Assembly: GCA_965227515.1 (NCBI GenBank)
Contig: CBDDFZ010000001.1
Span: 224,001 to 288,000, forward strand
Length of the DNA stretch: 64,000 nucleotides
From: Alphaproteobacteria bacterium
GTDB lineage: Bacteria > Pseudomonadota > Alphaproteobacteria > CALKHQ01
Direction of reading: 5' to 3'
Shown: piece after piece, positions 41,608-51,569 of the stretch
How the letters are laid out: each line of letters starts with the position of its first letter
How positions within the stretch are numbered: position 1 is the stretch's first letter
Position numbers and translations under genes: made by a program
The notes under the pieces: generated by a model
Database searches by the model: none
Seen by the model: only the letters and a program-made list of their open reading frames with translations
What the model was told of the DNA's origin: nothing

Positions 41608-42567
41608 TCAATCGCCCCCGGTCGCGTCCAGCACCGCGCGGGCGGTATCCTCGTCGGTCACAAGGCCGGTCACCAGGCGCCCGCGCAAGGCACCGGCAAT
41701 CGCCTCCAGCTTGTTGCTGCCGGTGGCGATCGCGATGATCTGGCGCGGCGCCAGTTGCTTGGGGCTCAGGCTGAGTGCCCGGGCATTGACCGACCCCTCG
41801 ATCAACTGGCCGTCGCGGTCGAAGGCCCAACCGCCGATCTCGCCCACCGCGCCCAGATCGGAAAGCTCGCCCAACTCGTCATCGGTGATAAAACCGTCGG
41901 CATGAAGCGGTCCGTTCCACGACAGGTTTCCGACGCCGACGAACGTCGCCTTGGCCGATTGCGCCAGCCCGGCCAGGATGGCGACCGACCGCTGCGCGGC
42001 CAGCACGTCGCGCTCCTCCAGCGTGTCGGCGATCAACGGCGTGGGCCGGGGAAAGCATTGGCAGCCCAGCCGGTCGCCCAGCCGCATCACCACGTCATAT
42101 CTGTTCGCGGACGCATCGCGCGCGATGCTGCCGACCACGGAGACGATCTTGTGCTGGGGGCGCTCCATCGGACTGATCATATCGACCATCGCCCGGAGCG
42201 CGCGCCCGCTGGTCACCGCGATCGTGGTCGGCGCGGTCGCGGAGAGCAGACGCTCCATCCGCACCGCCGCGGCGGCGGCCACGCTGGCCAACGTGGCCGG
42301 CGGGTTCTCGGCCAAGCCCGGCACCACGTCCGCCACGTCCAGCGCGAACCGCTCGCGCAGGGTCTCGGCCAACTGGGCACAGGCGCTGATCGGCCGGGTC
42401 ACCTGCACGCGGATCAGTTGCTGCGAGATCGCCAGCGCGATGAGCCTTTGGGCGGCCGGCCGCGAGACGTCCAGCTTGGCGGCAATCTCGTCCTGGGTGT
42501 TGCCGGCCACGTAGTAGAGCCACGCCGCACGGGTCGCGAGGTCCAGCTTGTCGTCACTCGTTGTCAT
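41608..42567 (-). CDS. SorC/DeoR-type sugar-binding transcriptional regulator
   Basis: RAAWLYYVAGNTQDEIAAKLDVSR, GAVGEIGG, KLEAIAGALRG..VTGLVTDE. Confidence 0.92.
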   Translation of the reverse strand: MTTSDDKLDLATRAAWLYYVAGNTQDEIAAKLDVSRPAAQRLIALAISQQLIRVQVTRPISACAQLAETLRERFALDVADVVPGLAENPPATLASVAAAAAVRMERLLSATAPTTIAVTSGRALRAMVDMISPMERPQHKIVSVVGSIARDASANRYDVVMRLGDRLGCQCFPRPTPLIADTLEERDVLAAQRSVAILAGLAQSAKATFVGVGNLSWNGPLHADGFITDDELGELSDLGAVGEIGGWAFDRDGQLIEGSVNARALSLSPKQLAPRQIIAIATGSNKLEAIAGALRGRLVTGLVTDEDTARAVLDATGGD

Positions 42568-42658
42568 GGTCGTTCCGGGTCGCGCGATATGCTTGATCTG
42601 GGCTTTCGGTGAGCGATTATACGCGAAATGAGCGAATGATCAAAAGGGGAGGAATATC

Positions 42659-43429
42659 ATGTATCTCGAAATGCTCGACCTGTCGGGTCGCGTGGCGGTC
42701 GTCACCGGCGGCGGCCGCAACATCGGGCTGGCCTCGGCCACCGCGCTGGCGGAGGCCGGCGCGCGCCTGGTGATCTGCGACATCGACGAGGAGGTTGGCG
42801 CCAGCGGCAAGGCGACCCTGGAGGGGCTGGGCCACGAGGTCGATTTCATCCACCTCGACGTGACCAAGCCCGACGACGTGACCGCCGCCGCCGACAAGGT
42901 GGTGGCCGACCTCGGCCGCGTCGACATCCTGGTCGCCAATGCCGGCATCGCCATCAACACGCCGGGCGAGGACACCTCGGACGCCGACTGGCTGCGGGTG
43001 CTCGACCTGAACCTGAACGGCGTCTACTGGTGCAACCGCGCCTTCGGCAAGCACATGCTGGCCGGCGGCAGCGGCAGCATCGTCAACATCGGCTCCATGT
43101 CGGGCATCATCTCCAACTACCCGCAGCCGCAGGCTCACTACAACGCGTCCAAGGCCGGCGTTCACATGCTGACCAAGTCGCTGGCCGGCGAATGGGCGAC
43201 GCGGGGCGTGCGGGTCAATGCGATCGCGCCCACCTACATCGAGACCGCCATGACCCGGCGCGGCATGGACAACCCGGAATGGTACAAGGCGTGGCTGGAC
43301 ATGACGCCGATGAAGCGGGTCGGCCAGCCGCCGGAAATCGCCTCGGTCGTGCTGTTTCTCGCCTCCGACGCCGCGTCATTGATGACCGGCAGCGTCGTAG
43401 TGGTTGACGGCGGCTACACGGTGTGGTGA
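42659..43429 (+). CDS. SDR polyol dehydrogenase/ketose reductase (galactitol/threitol dehydrogenase-like)
   Basis: [31 protein letters not shown]. Confidence 0.85.
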   Translation: MYLEMLDLSGRVAVVTGGGRNIGLASATALAEAGARLVICDIDEEVGASGKATLEGLGHEVDFIHLDVTKPDDVTAAADKVVADLGRVDILVANAGIAINTPGEDTSDADWLRVLDLNLNGVYWCNRAFGKHMLAGGSGSIVNIGSMSGIISNYPQPQAHYNASKAGVHMLTKSLAGEWATRGVRVNAIAPTYIETAMTRRGMDNPEWYKAWLDMTPMKRVGQPPEIASVVLFLASDAASLMTGSVVVVDGGYTVW

Positions 43430-43457
43430 GCCCTTTCCGCAGCCTCGTTTGCACGCC

Positions 43458-44504
43458 ATGTCACCTCACTTCAGGAGCAAGATCTTGACCCGCTTGGACG
43501 CCAAGCTCGACCGGATTCGCAACGGCACCGCCACCCGCGCCGACTTCATCATCGCCGACGCCAAGGACGGCGACATGGGCCCGAGCCTGACCTCGTGCGG
43601 CCCGGCCCGCCAGCCCGACGGCTCGTGGCAGCGCTATCGCACCCGCCAGGAGTTTCTGGACCAGGTCCAGGCCATCATCGCGCAGGATGTCGTCGACATC
43701 ATGCTGACCTCGGCCTCCAACCTGGAGCTGCTGCTCGAGCGCGGCGCGTATGACGGCAGCCTGGTCAAGCCGGCGATCCGCGCCAACGACACCACCGACA
43801 TCTGGCGTGTGCGGGGCGAGAGCTACTCCAAGCAGCCCTCGCGCGCGTTCCGCACCGCCACCCCGTCGCGGGTGATGTATGGGACCGCGCTGCCGTCGCC
43901 GGGTTCGCCCACCTACCTCACCGACCTGGGTCTCTACTCGGTGACCTTCAACAACGACATCGACGCCGACGTCGCGTCGCTGGAGGCGTTCGCGGAGTTC
44001 CGTGCCGAGGCGGCGGAATCCGCCTTCACCTACTTCCTGGAAGTGTTCAACCCGAACGTCGACTGCGGCATCGCGGCCGATGAGGTGGGCCACTACGTCA
44101 ACGACTGCATCGTGCGCTGCCTGGCCGGCCTGACCAAGGCGGAGCGGCCGCGCTTCCTGAAGATCGTCTACAACGGCCCGAAGGCGCTGGACGAGCTCGC
44201 CACCTACGACCCCTCGCTGGTCGTCGGCATCCTGGGCGGCGGCGCCGGCACCGCGCGCGACACCTTCGAGCTGCTGAGCCAGGGCCAGAAATACGGCGCC
44301 TGGGTGGCGCTGTTCGGCCGCAAGATCAATCTGGCGGAGTCACCGACCGATATCGTGCGCCTGATGCGCGCCGTGACCGACGGCGACGTCGGCCCGGAAG
44401 AGGCGGTGAAGGCCTATCACGACGCGCTGCAGAAGCAGGGCATCACCCCCACCCGCGCGCTGGACGAGGACATCCAGATCACCGAATCGGTGCTGAAGGG
44501 GTAG
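43458..44504 (+). CDS. Uncharacterised TIM-barrel protein, class I (DhnA-like) aldolase-like
   Basis: FLEVF, FLKIVYNG (candidate Schiff-base Lys), VGILGG, ALFGRKI pattern; co-oriented with the SDR. Confidence 0.6.
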   Translation: MSPHFRSKILTRLDAKLDRIRNGTATRADFIIADAKDGDMGPSLTSCGPARQPDGSWQRYRTRQEFLDQVQAIIAQDVVDIMLTSASNLELLLERGAYDGSLVKPAIRANDTTDIWRVRGESYSKQPSRAFRTATPSRVMYGTALPSPGSPTYLTDLGLYSVTFNNDIDADVASLEAFAEFRAEAAESAFTYFLEVFNPNVDCGIAADEVGHYVNDCIVRCLAGLTKAERPRFLKIVYNGPKALDELATYDPSLVVGILGGGAGTARDTFELLSQGQKYGAWVALFGRKINLAESPTDIVRLMRAVTDGDVGPEEAVKAYHDALQKQGITPTRALDEDIQITESVLKG

Positions 44505-44532
44505 CGCGCCGCCTTCCCACACACCAGCCGGC

Positions 44533-44614
44533 GTAGCCCGGATGGAGCGCAGCGTAATCCGGGGCCTCAAGTCAGGGTAGGTCCCCGGGTTTCACGTCAT
44601 TCCACCCGGGCTAC
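44533..44614. repeat. GTAG-type REP doublet copy 3
   Basis: GTAGCCCGGATGGAGCGCAGCGTAATCCGGGG...CCCCGGGTTTCACGTCATTCCACCCGGGCTAC. Confidence 0.85.
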
Positions 44615-44636
44615 AAACGTGACCTATTGGCTCCAC

Positions 44637-45200
44637 CTACTGGATGGTGGTGATCTTGCCGAAGTTGCGGGTGCCGCTGGCGTCGGTGCCGGTGACGCTG
44701 CCGTTTCTCACGTCGACATCGACCCTGAGATCGCCGCTGGCGGTGGCCAGCGAGATCCGGTCGGCGGTCGTGCCCTGGTTGAACATCTGAATGCGCTCAC
44801 CGGTCGACGGCACCGTCAGCAGCCAGTTGCCGTCGGGCTGCCGCTCGAGCTGGCCGGGCGGCACCTGGCCGCCGCTGAACAGAATGACCCGCGCACTGAG
44901 CCCGGTGACCTGCTGCTGCACCGGCAGCACGGTGGAGGACGGGGGCTGGGTGCCGAACACCGGGGGGTTGTTGACGGCAGCGGCGCCGCCGGTCCGCTCG
45001 GCGCTGGGGCCGGAGCCGGTGCCCGTCCCGCTGCTATTGCCGGTCTGGACCGAGTTCAGCGCGGACAGGAAGTCGGTCCCGCCGCCGCTACCGCCGCCAC
45101 CGGTGTCCACGCACCCCGCCAACAGGCCGGACGCTAACAACGCGGCCGCGAACGCGGTTGCTGACCTACCCCAGATGCCTGGCAACATTTCCCTACCCAT
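44637..45200 (-). CDS. Hypothetical lipoprotein with a Gly/Ser/Thr-rich linker
   Basis: LLAGC lipobox, GGGGSGGG linker, beta-rich C-terminus; GGAG RBS. Confidence 0.65.
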   Translation of the reverse strand: MGREMLPGIWGRSATAFAAALLASGLLAGCVDTGGGGSGGGTDFLSALNSVQTGNSSGTGTGSGPSAERTGGAAAVNNPPVFGTQPPSSTVLPVQQQVTGLSARVILFSGGQVPPGQLERQPDGNWLLTVPSTGERIQMFNQGTTADRISLATASGDLRVDVDVRNGSVTGTDASGTRNFGKITTIQ

Positions 45201-45385
45201 CGGTTCTCCAACGCTCCAGTGCGATTTCGCTGCGCATCGGTCATACTCCGGCACGCTCCGGCCGACAACTCGGTTGATGACCGGCCCGGCCCAACGCGGC
45301 CGCCAATAACAAGACTGCCAACAACAAAATCGATGGGGAAATACGAATGCAGACTACAAACGGCGCCGGCCGGGACGGAGGCACC

Positions 45386-46399
45386 ATGGCGGGCATCGTC
45401 ACCGGCGGCACCTGGTGCGTCGACCTGAACAAGATCGTGGCCCACTGGCCGCCCGAGGACACCGCCGCCGAGATCGTGGAGATCGACGTGCATGGCGGCG
45501 GCTCGGGCTGCAATTTCGCGCTCGACATCAAGGCGCTCGACCCGACAGTGCCGGTGGAGACCATCGGCCTGGTCGGCGACGACGAGCATGGCAGGGTGCT
45601 TCTGGGCCTGTGCGACGGATCGGGGGTCGTGCGCGACCAGATGCATATCAGCGACGCGCTGCCGACCCAGTTCACCGATGCCTACTGCGTAAAATCCACC
45701 GGGCGGCGCACCCACCTTTACTACCCCGGCATCTCCACCCTGCTTTGCCCCGATCATTTCGACCTGGCGGCCACCACCGGCCGCCTGTTCCACCTCGGCC
45801 TGCCCGGCGCGCACAAGCCGATGGACAGTCCCTGGCAGGACCACCCGAACGGCTGGGCGGCGGTGCTGCAGGACGCCAAGCGCCTGGGCCGGACCACCAG
45901 CCTGGAGCTGTTCTTCGTGGCGCCCGAGCGCATGCGCGCGCTGGTGCACCCGTGCCTGCCGCTGCTCGATATCCTGGTCATCAACGACTACGAGATCGCG
46001 GCACTCGCCGACATGCCGGCGGTGGCCGGCGGCGATGTCGACCCCGCCCAAGTGCTGGCGGCGGCGCGCAAGGTGCTGGGCCTGGGCGCGATGCAGGTGG
46101 TGGCCGCGCACTACCCCGGCGGCGCCATCGCGGTCACCCGCGACGGGACCGTGGCGGCCAAGGGCTCTACATGCATCCCGGAGCGCGAGATCGTCGGCGC
46201 CAATGGGGCCGGCGACGCCTATTGCGCGGGCTTCGTCTACGGCTACCTGAGCGGCTGGGACCTGGACCGCTGCCTGGCGCTGGGCCATGCCTCGGCGGCG
46301 ATGTCGCTCACCCACGTCTCCACCACCAAGGGCGTCAGGGACTGGCAGGCATGCATGGCCCAGGCCGACGCCTGGGGCTGGCGGGAAATGTCGCTCTAG
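45386..46399 (+). CDS. PfkB/ribokinase family carbohydrate kinase
   Basis: GGGSGCN, GLVGDDEHG, INDYE, GANGAGDAYCAG. Confidence 0.9.
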   Translation: MAGIVTGGTWCVDLNKIVAHWPPEDTAAEIVEIDVHGGGSGCNFALDIKALDPTVPVETIGLVGDDEHGRVLLGLCDGSGVVRDQMHISDALPTQFTDAYCVKSTGRRTHLYYPGISTLLCPDHFDLAATTGRLFHLGLPGAHKPMDSPWQDHPNGWAAVLQDAKRLGRTTSLELFFVAPERMRALVHPCLPLLDILVINDYEIAALADMPAVAGGDVDPAQVLAAARKVLGLGAMQVVAAHYPGGAIAVTRDGTVAAKGSTCIPEREIVGANGAGDAYCAGFVYGYLSGWDLDRCLALGHASAAMSLTHVSTTKGVRDWQACMAQADAWGWREMSL

Positions 46400-46409
46400 G
46401 CTCTTGATT

Positions 46410-46497
46410 GTAGCCTGGGTGGAGCGGAGCGGAACCCGGGGTCGTTGCCGGACGGCAAGAGAAGTCCCCGGGTTGCATGCCGTTCCACCCGGGCTTC
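46410..46497. repeat. GTAG-type REP doublet copy 4
   Basis: GTAGCCTGGGTGGAGCGGAGCGGAACCCGGGG...CCCCGGGTTGCATGCCGTTCCACCCGGGCTTC. Confidence 0.8.
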
Positions 46498-46531
46498 GGG
46501 ACTGGTCAGCCAGCCCCGAAGCTGTCGGGGA

Positions 46532-47038
46532 CTACCCGCGGTCGCCGATGATCAGGCCCAGCCGCGCGAAGTACTCGATCTGCTGCTGCGTCATGCGCGA
46601 CATCTGCGGTGCCTGACCCTCATCGCCGCCGTTATTGTCGCCGCCGCCTCCGGGGGCAGCACCATCCGGGGCATCGCCATCCGGCGCATCGCCATCGGGC
46701 GCGCTGCCGTCGGAATCGCCTCCGCCAGAGCTCGCGTCGGCGTTCTTCAGCATCTCGACGCACTCGGCCCTGTTGAGGTCGCAATCAACGACGTCGCCCG
46801 TCGGCGTGATGATGAACCGCCCATTGCCGATGGTGTAGTGCCCTGACGCATGTTGCGTAATGCCCGTGCGTCCGGCGCCTTGCACGGTGATGTAGCTGAG
46901 GTCGCCGACTATCGAGATATTCTCGCCCTGCAGGATATGGCCGCGCAGGAATTCCTCGTACCAGTCGATGGCAAATGCACTGGAGCTCACGATCATCGAA
47001 GCCACGCCGCAAGCAATCAGACCGATTTTTTGTTTCAT
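46532..47038 (-). CDS. Hypothetical secreted protein with DG(D/S/A)AP pentapeptide repeats
   Basis: Signal peptide MKQKIG...SSAFA; DGSAP-DGDAP-DGDAP-DGAAP; GGAG RBS. Confidence 0.6.
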   Translation of the reverse strand: MKQKIGLIACGVASMIVSSSAFAIDWYEEFLRGHILQGENISIVGDLSYITVQGAGRTGITQHASGHYTIGNGRFIITPTGDVVDCDLNRAECVEMLKNADASSGGGDSDGSAPDGDAPDGDAPDGAAPGGGGDNNGGDEGQAPQMSRMTQQQIEYFARLGLIIGDRG

Positions 47039-47300
47039 GACAAATGCTCCCTTGAGCGCGCGCCACACGCGTTCCCACAACGAGACCGAGCCTATCGGTT
47101 CATCAAAAAAGTCAGCACGATGTCGGGGGGCCGGCTCTCAGTGGATCGCCGGCGGACGGTGTGTCGTCGCCAATACTCGCCGCATCACAGAGATAAGGAT
47201 CGTTTATGTCTGCCGCGTGGCGATATCGTGAAAACGTGCGCGGCTGGCGCGAATTGTCGGTTTAGAGTTTCCCAGGCACCGTCGCTTCCACCCACACCAT

Positions 47301-47331
47301 CGTCATGCCCGCACTTGTCGCGGGCATGACG
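47301..47331. repeat. Short CGTC-type hairpin, possible terminator of the sugar ABC operon
   Basis: CGTCATGCCCGC-ACTTGTC-GCGGGCATGACG perfect 12-bp stem. Confidence 0.7.
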
Positions 47332-47351
47332 GTATTCGACGACCGCCGCCC

Positions 47352-48140
47352 TCAGTGGCTCATGATGATGTCGGTGAGCTCATTCAGCGACGTGTCGGCC
47401 TTCAGCGCGTCCTTCACGTTCTGGCCGTGGGCCATGATCGAGAAGCGGTCGCAGACCCGGAACGCGTGGTAGAGGTTGTGGGTCACGAACACGCACGACA
47501 CGCCGGATTCCGCCAGTTCGCGCATGATCGCCAGCACCTTCTCGGTCTCGCGCACCGACAGGGCCGAGGTCGGCTCGTCCAGCAGCAGGATGTCGCGCTT
47601 GAAATGCACGGCGCGCGCGATCGCCACCGCCTGCGCCTGGCCGCCCGACAATTCTTCCACCAGCAGGTCCGGCGAGGTGATGCCGGCGATGCGCACGTAC
47701 TTGTCCAGAATTTCGACCGCGGTCTTGCGCATCTCGCCCATGCGCATGAAGCCCAGTGGGCCCAGCGGCTCGCGGCCGGCGTAAATGTTGCGCATGATCG
47801 ACATCGACCGGACCAGCGCGATGTCCTGGTAAATGGTCTGGATGCCCGCCTGCTCCGACTTCTGCCGGGTGTGGATATCGACCGGCTTGCCCAGGCGCAA
47901 GAACTCGCCCTTGTCGGGTGTCACCACGCCGGAGAGGATCTTGATCAGCGTGGACTTGCCCGCGCCATTGTCGCCAAGCAGGCCGACCACCTCGCCCGGC
48001 CGGACCTCGAAGTCCACGTTCATCAGCGCGTTCACGTGGCCGTAGCTCTTGGAGATGCCGCGCGCCTCGAACAACGGAACCTCACCGTCGGGCCGGCTGG
48101 CGCTGGCGGCGGTCGGTGCGTCCATGGTGTCTACGCTCAT
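47352..48140 (-). CDS. CUT2 sugar ABC transporter ATP-binding protein (single NBD)
   Basis: GDNGAGKST, IYQDIAL, LSGGQAQ, LDEPTSAL. Confidence 0.92.
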   Translation of the reverse strand: MSVDTMDAPTAASASRPDGEVPLFEARGISKSYGHVNALMNVDFEVRPGEVVGLLGDNGAGKSTLIKILSGVVTPDKGEFLRLGKPVDIHTRQKSEQAGIQTIYQDIALVRSMSIMRNIYAGREPLGPLGFMRMGEMRKTAVEILDKYVRIAGITSPDLLVEELSGGQAQAVAIARAVHFKRDILLLDEPTSALSVRETEKVLAIMRELAESGVSCVFVTHNLYHAFRVCDRFSIMAHGQNVKDALKADTSLNELTDIIMSH

Positions 48141-48186
48141 CGCGCGCTTCCTCCGGTTCCGGTCCCAGTCAATACGTCCACCGGCT

Positions 48187-49278
48187 TCAGAACTTCCGCC
48201 GGGCCACTTGGTTCACGATCACGCCGAACACGATCATCATGCCGGCAAATGCATCCAGGTAGAACGTCGGCATGCCGGCGTGGGTGACGATGTTGCTGAG
48301 CAGGTAGTAGACCGCCGTGCCGAAAACGATGCCGATCACGGAGCCGCGTCCGCCGGTCAGCGCCAGCCCGCCGACCACGCAGATCGCCACCGCATAGAGC
48401 TCGATGAAGAGCTGCGGGTTGGTTTCGGCCTTGCCCAGCCGGGTGATCGAGAACAGGCCCGAAATGAACGCGAATACCGAGCTGAGCACGAATGCCAGCG
48501 TCTTGGTGCGGATGACATTAATGCCGGCATACTCCGCCGCCCGCGCGTCGCCACCGGCGGCGAAGAAGTGGTTGCCGTAGCGGTGCCGGTTCAACAGCAG
48601 GTAGGCGATGACCGCCAAGACCAGGAACCACAGGAACGAGGCGGGCAGCCAGCCGAACAGATTGTCCCACATCACCGCCTTGAAGTCCTCGGGCGGCTTG
48701 ATGGTCAGCGCCTTGCGGCCGGCATAGAGCTCGACGATGTAGGGAGCGCCGGCGCGCACGATGAACAGCATGCCAAGCGTGGTGATGAACGACGGAATCT
48801 TGAAGTAGAGCGTGATGAACGCGTTGATCAGCCCGATGCAGATCGCGACCAGCATGCCGAGGAACAGCGACACCAGCCAGGCGCCGCCGGCCGCCGTCAG
48901 CCAGGCATCCTCCGCCTCCGAGAACCAGCCCCATTCCGCGATCACCGGCGTGGAGGCGTCATAGAAGACGGCCATGGCGAACGGCGCCGCGACGAACACC
49001 GAGCCCACCGACAGATCGAACTCGCCGGAGATCATCAGCAGCCCGACGCCCAGAGCGATGATGCCGAACAGCGGGATCGCGCGCATCAAAAGCGTCGCGT
49101 TGCGCTGGGACAGGAAGCGGAAATCCTCGGGGAAGACCAGCGAGGCGATCACGCAGCCGGCCAGCAACATCAGGAACAGCATCACAACCGGACCGGCCGG
49201 GTGCATGCGCACCCGATTGAACCAGCTCGACTGCTGGTAGCGGGCCGCGGCGTCGATGGTCTGGGTGGTCGAGGCCAT
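48187..49278 (-). CDS. CUT2 sugar ABC transporter permease
   Basis: MISGEFDLSVGS, IPSFITTLG, VVGGLALTGGRGS; start set at ATG 49278. Confidence 0.9.
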   Translation of the reverse strand: MASTTQTIDAAARYQQSSWFNRVRMHPAGPVVMLFLMLLAGCVIASLVFPEDFRFLSQRNATLLMRAIPLFGIIALGVGLLMISGEFDLSVGSVFVAAPFAMAVFYDASTPVIAEWGWFSEAEDAWLTAAGGAWLVSLFLGMLVAICIGLINAFITLYFKIPSFITTLGMLFIVRAGAPYIVELYAGRKALTIKPPEDFKAVMWDNLFGWLPASFLWFLVLAVIAYLLLNRHRYGNHFFAAGGDARAAEYAGINVIRTKTLAFVLSSVFAFISGLFSITRLGKAETNPQLFIELYAVAICVVGGLALTGGRGSVIGIVFGTAVYYLLSNIVTHAGMPTFYLDAFAGMMIVFGVIVNQVARRKF

Positions 49279-49280
49279 CG

Positions 49281-50378
49281 TCACGTCGACCTGCGCCTGA
49301 CGATGGTGTTGAGGATGACGGCGCCGATGATCAGCGCGCCGAGCAGGCCCTTGAACAGGGTCTCGGGTGCTGCGATCAGCACCAACACGTTGTCGACGGT
49401 CTCGATCAGGGCGGCCCCCAGGATCATGCCCAGGATCGTGCCCCGCCCGCCGAACAGGTTGACGCCGCCAACGACGACAGCGGCGATCACCTTCAGCTCG
49501 AAGCCGCTGGTGATGGCGAACGACGGCTCGACCTCGTTGATCATGGTCGCCTGCATGATGCCGGCGAAACCGGCCGCCATGGCACACAGGATGAAGGCGA
49601 TCAGCTTGGTGCGCCGAATGTTCACGCCAACCGCGGTCGCCGCGTCCTTGTTGCCGCCGGTCGTGAACATATGATTGCCGATCCGGTGCCGGTTCAGCAG
49701 CAGGTGGGCGGCGAAGCCCAGCACCACCAGCCAGACCATCTGCATGTAGATCGGATCGACGATCTCCCCGGTGAACAGCGTCGTCAGCAGGTCGGTCTGC
49801 GCCTCGCCGGTCTGCTCGCAGTCGCGGCAGGGGTAGAAGGCCATGCTGTCCATCTGCCCGCTGTTCGGGTTGATCGACACGAAGCGGATCACGCCACGCA
49901 GGATGAACATCATGCCGATGGTGGCGATGAACGACGGGATGCCGATCCACGCGGTCAAATATCCGTTCAGCGCACCGAAGATCGCCACGGTGAACAGGCC
50001 CGCCGCCACCGCCACGAGCAGCGGCATGCCATAGGTGGTGTAGACGATGGTGGTGATGAAGGCGGCCAGCGTGTAGGTGCCGGCGGTGGAGATGTCGAAC
50101 TCGCCGCTGATCATCAACAGGCCGACCCCGAGCGCGGCAATCGCCGTGGTCGGGATTTTCAGCGCCAGCAGCACGCGCAGATTGTCAGTGGTCGCGAAGG
50201 CGAAGTCCGACGACGCGAAACTCCAGATCAGGCAGATGGCGAGAAACGTCCCGTAGACGATGACGATCGCCGAGCCCTGATAGCGCTTGGCAGCCGTCCA
50301 CCATGCCGGGCCATGGTCGCGCCGGCGCGCGGCGGCCATTTCGGCATTGGTCATCTCTGTGGTCGTCTCGCTAGCCAC
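49281..50378 (-). CDS. CUT2 sugar ABC transporter permease
   Basis: MISGEFDIS, IPSFIATIG, ELKVIAAVVVGG..LFGGRG. Confidence 0.9.
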   Translation of the reverse strand: MASETTTEMTNAEMAAARRRDHGPAWWTAAKRYQGSAIVIVYGTFLAICLIWSFASSDFAFATTDNLRVLLALKIPTTAIAALGVGLLMISGEFDISTAGTYTLAAFITTIVYTTYGMPLLVAVAAGLFTVAIFGALNGYLTAWIGIPSFIATIGMMFILRGVIRFVSINPNSGQMDSMAFYPCRDCEQTGEAQTDLLTTLFTGEIVDPIYMQMVWLVVLGFAAHLLLNRHRIGNHMFTTGGNKDAATAVGVNIRRTKLIAFILCAMAAGFAGIMQATMINEVEPSFAITSGFELKVIAAVVVGGVNLFGGRGTILGMILGAALIETVDNVLVLIAAPETLFKGLLGALIIGAVILNTIVRRRST

Positions 50379-50488
50379 GCTTCTTGCCCGCGCAATAACA
50401 GATCGAAGATGTACGGTGGAAACGGCCGGGCACCACCGCAGCGGCGGGCCCGGCCTTGTCTTTCAATCGGTTGCCGATCGGACGCGGC

Positions 50489-51484
50489 TTAGCGGTAGGT
50501 GCCGCCCCAATCCAGCGCGTACTGACCGTTCACCATGTCGATCAGGTTGTTGCCCGTATCGATGTCCGGCGGGGTCAGGCCATAGCGCACGGCGTAGGCG
50601 GCGAACATCACCGGCAGGAAGCCCTGCCAGAACGGCTGCTGGTCCATGGTGGCCGTGGTGACGCCGTTCATGATGTTTTCCATGATCTTCGGATTGGTAT
50701 CGAAGCCGCCATTCGGGATGCTGTCGATACCGGCCTCCATCGCCGCGTCGGGCGCGACGGTGGTCGGCGTGGTGCCGAGGCCGACGATGCAGGTGATGTC
50801 CGGATTGGCGATCAACGCCTGGGAGATCGCGGTCAGCGCTTCGGCGTCGACCGTGCCGGTGCCGATGACCTCCGACGTGATACCCGCCGGGTCCAGCGCC
50901 AGCTGCACGCCCTCGGCACGCTCGATGGCGTAGGTCAGCTCAGGGAATTCCACCGGCAGCAGGCAGTGGTCGCCCTCGCCCAGCCCGTGCTCGTCGATCA
51001 TGCGCTGGCCGATGATCCGGCCCGAGGCATGGAAGTCCTGGCCGACGAAGGCCTGGCGGGCGTTGCCGTCGGCGCCGTCGGGATCGTCGATGTTCTGCGC
51101 GATCACGATCAGCCCGGCGTCGACCGCCTTCTGCACCGCCTCGTCCAGCGCGTCAGGCACGGTGATGGTGGGCGCGACCGCGTCCTGGCCCTCGGCGATG
51201 GCGGTCTCGATCAGCTCGGCGTGACGGGCGGCGTCGCCGTCCGCGTTCACATAGGTGAGGTCGACCTGGAACAGGCGCGCGGCTTCCTCGGCGCCGAACT
51301 GCATCGGCTGGAAGAAGGTGGCACCGGAGCAGCAGTGCTGGATGAAGGTCACGCTGACCGGCGCAAGATCGTCCTGCGCCGAGGCGCTGCCGGCAATGCC
51401 AACGAGCCCCACGGCCGCCGCGGCGGCGGCCACGGCCCGCGAGAGTGCGGTTGTGTTTGCTTTATGCACGGATGTTCCTCCCAT
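50489..51484 (-). CDS. CUT2 sugar ABC transporter substrate-binding protein
   Basis: Signal peptide, FVGQDF, GGFD, TMDQQPFWQG; exact start uncertain. Confidence 0.88.
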   Translation of the reverse strand: MGGTSVHKANTTALSRAVAAAAAAVGLVGIAGSASAQDDLAPVSVTFIQHCCSGATFFQPMQFGAEEAARLFQVDLTYVNADGDAARHAELIETAIAEGQDAVAPTITVPDALDEAVQKAVDAGLIVIAQNIDDPDGADGNARQAFVGQDFHASGRIIGQRMIDEHGLGEGDHCLLPVEFPELTYAIERAEGVQLALDPAGITSEVIGTGTVDAEALTAISQALIANPDITCIVGLGTTPTTVAPDAAMEAGIDSIPNGGFDTNPKIMENIMNGVTTATMDQQPFWQGFLPVMFAAYAVRYGLTPPDIDTGNNLIDMVNGQYALDWGGTYR

Positions 51485-51569
51485 TGGTTATGACGGCAGC
51501 TTAGGTTGGGGTTGCTGCCCACACAAGCCCACCGGTTCCGGTGGGAAACTGGTCCGTTGGGTCATGGCC

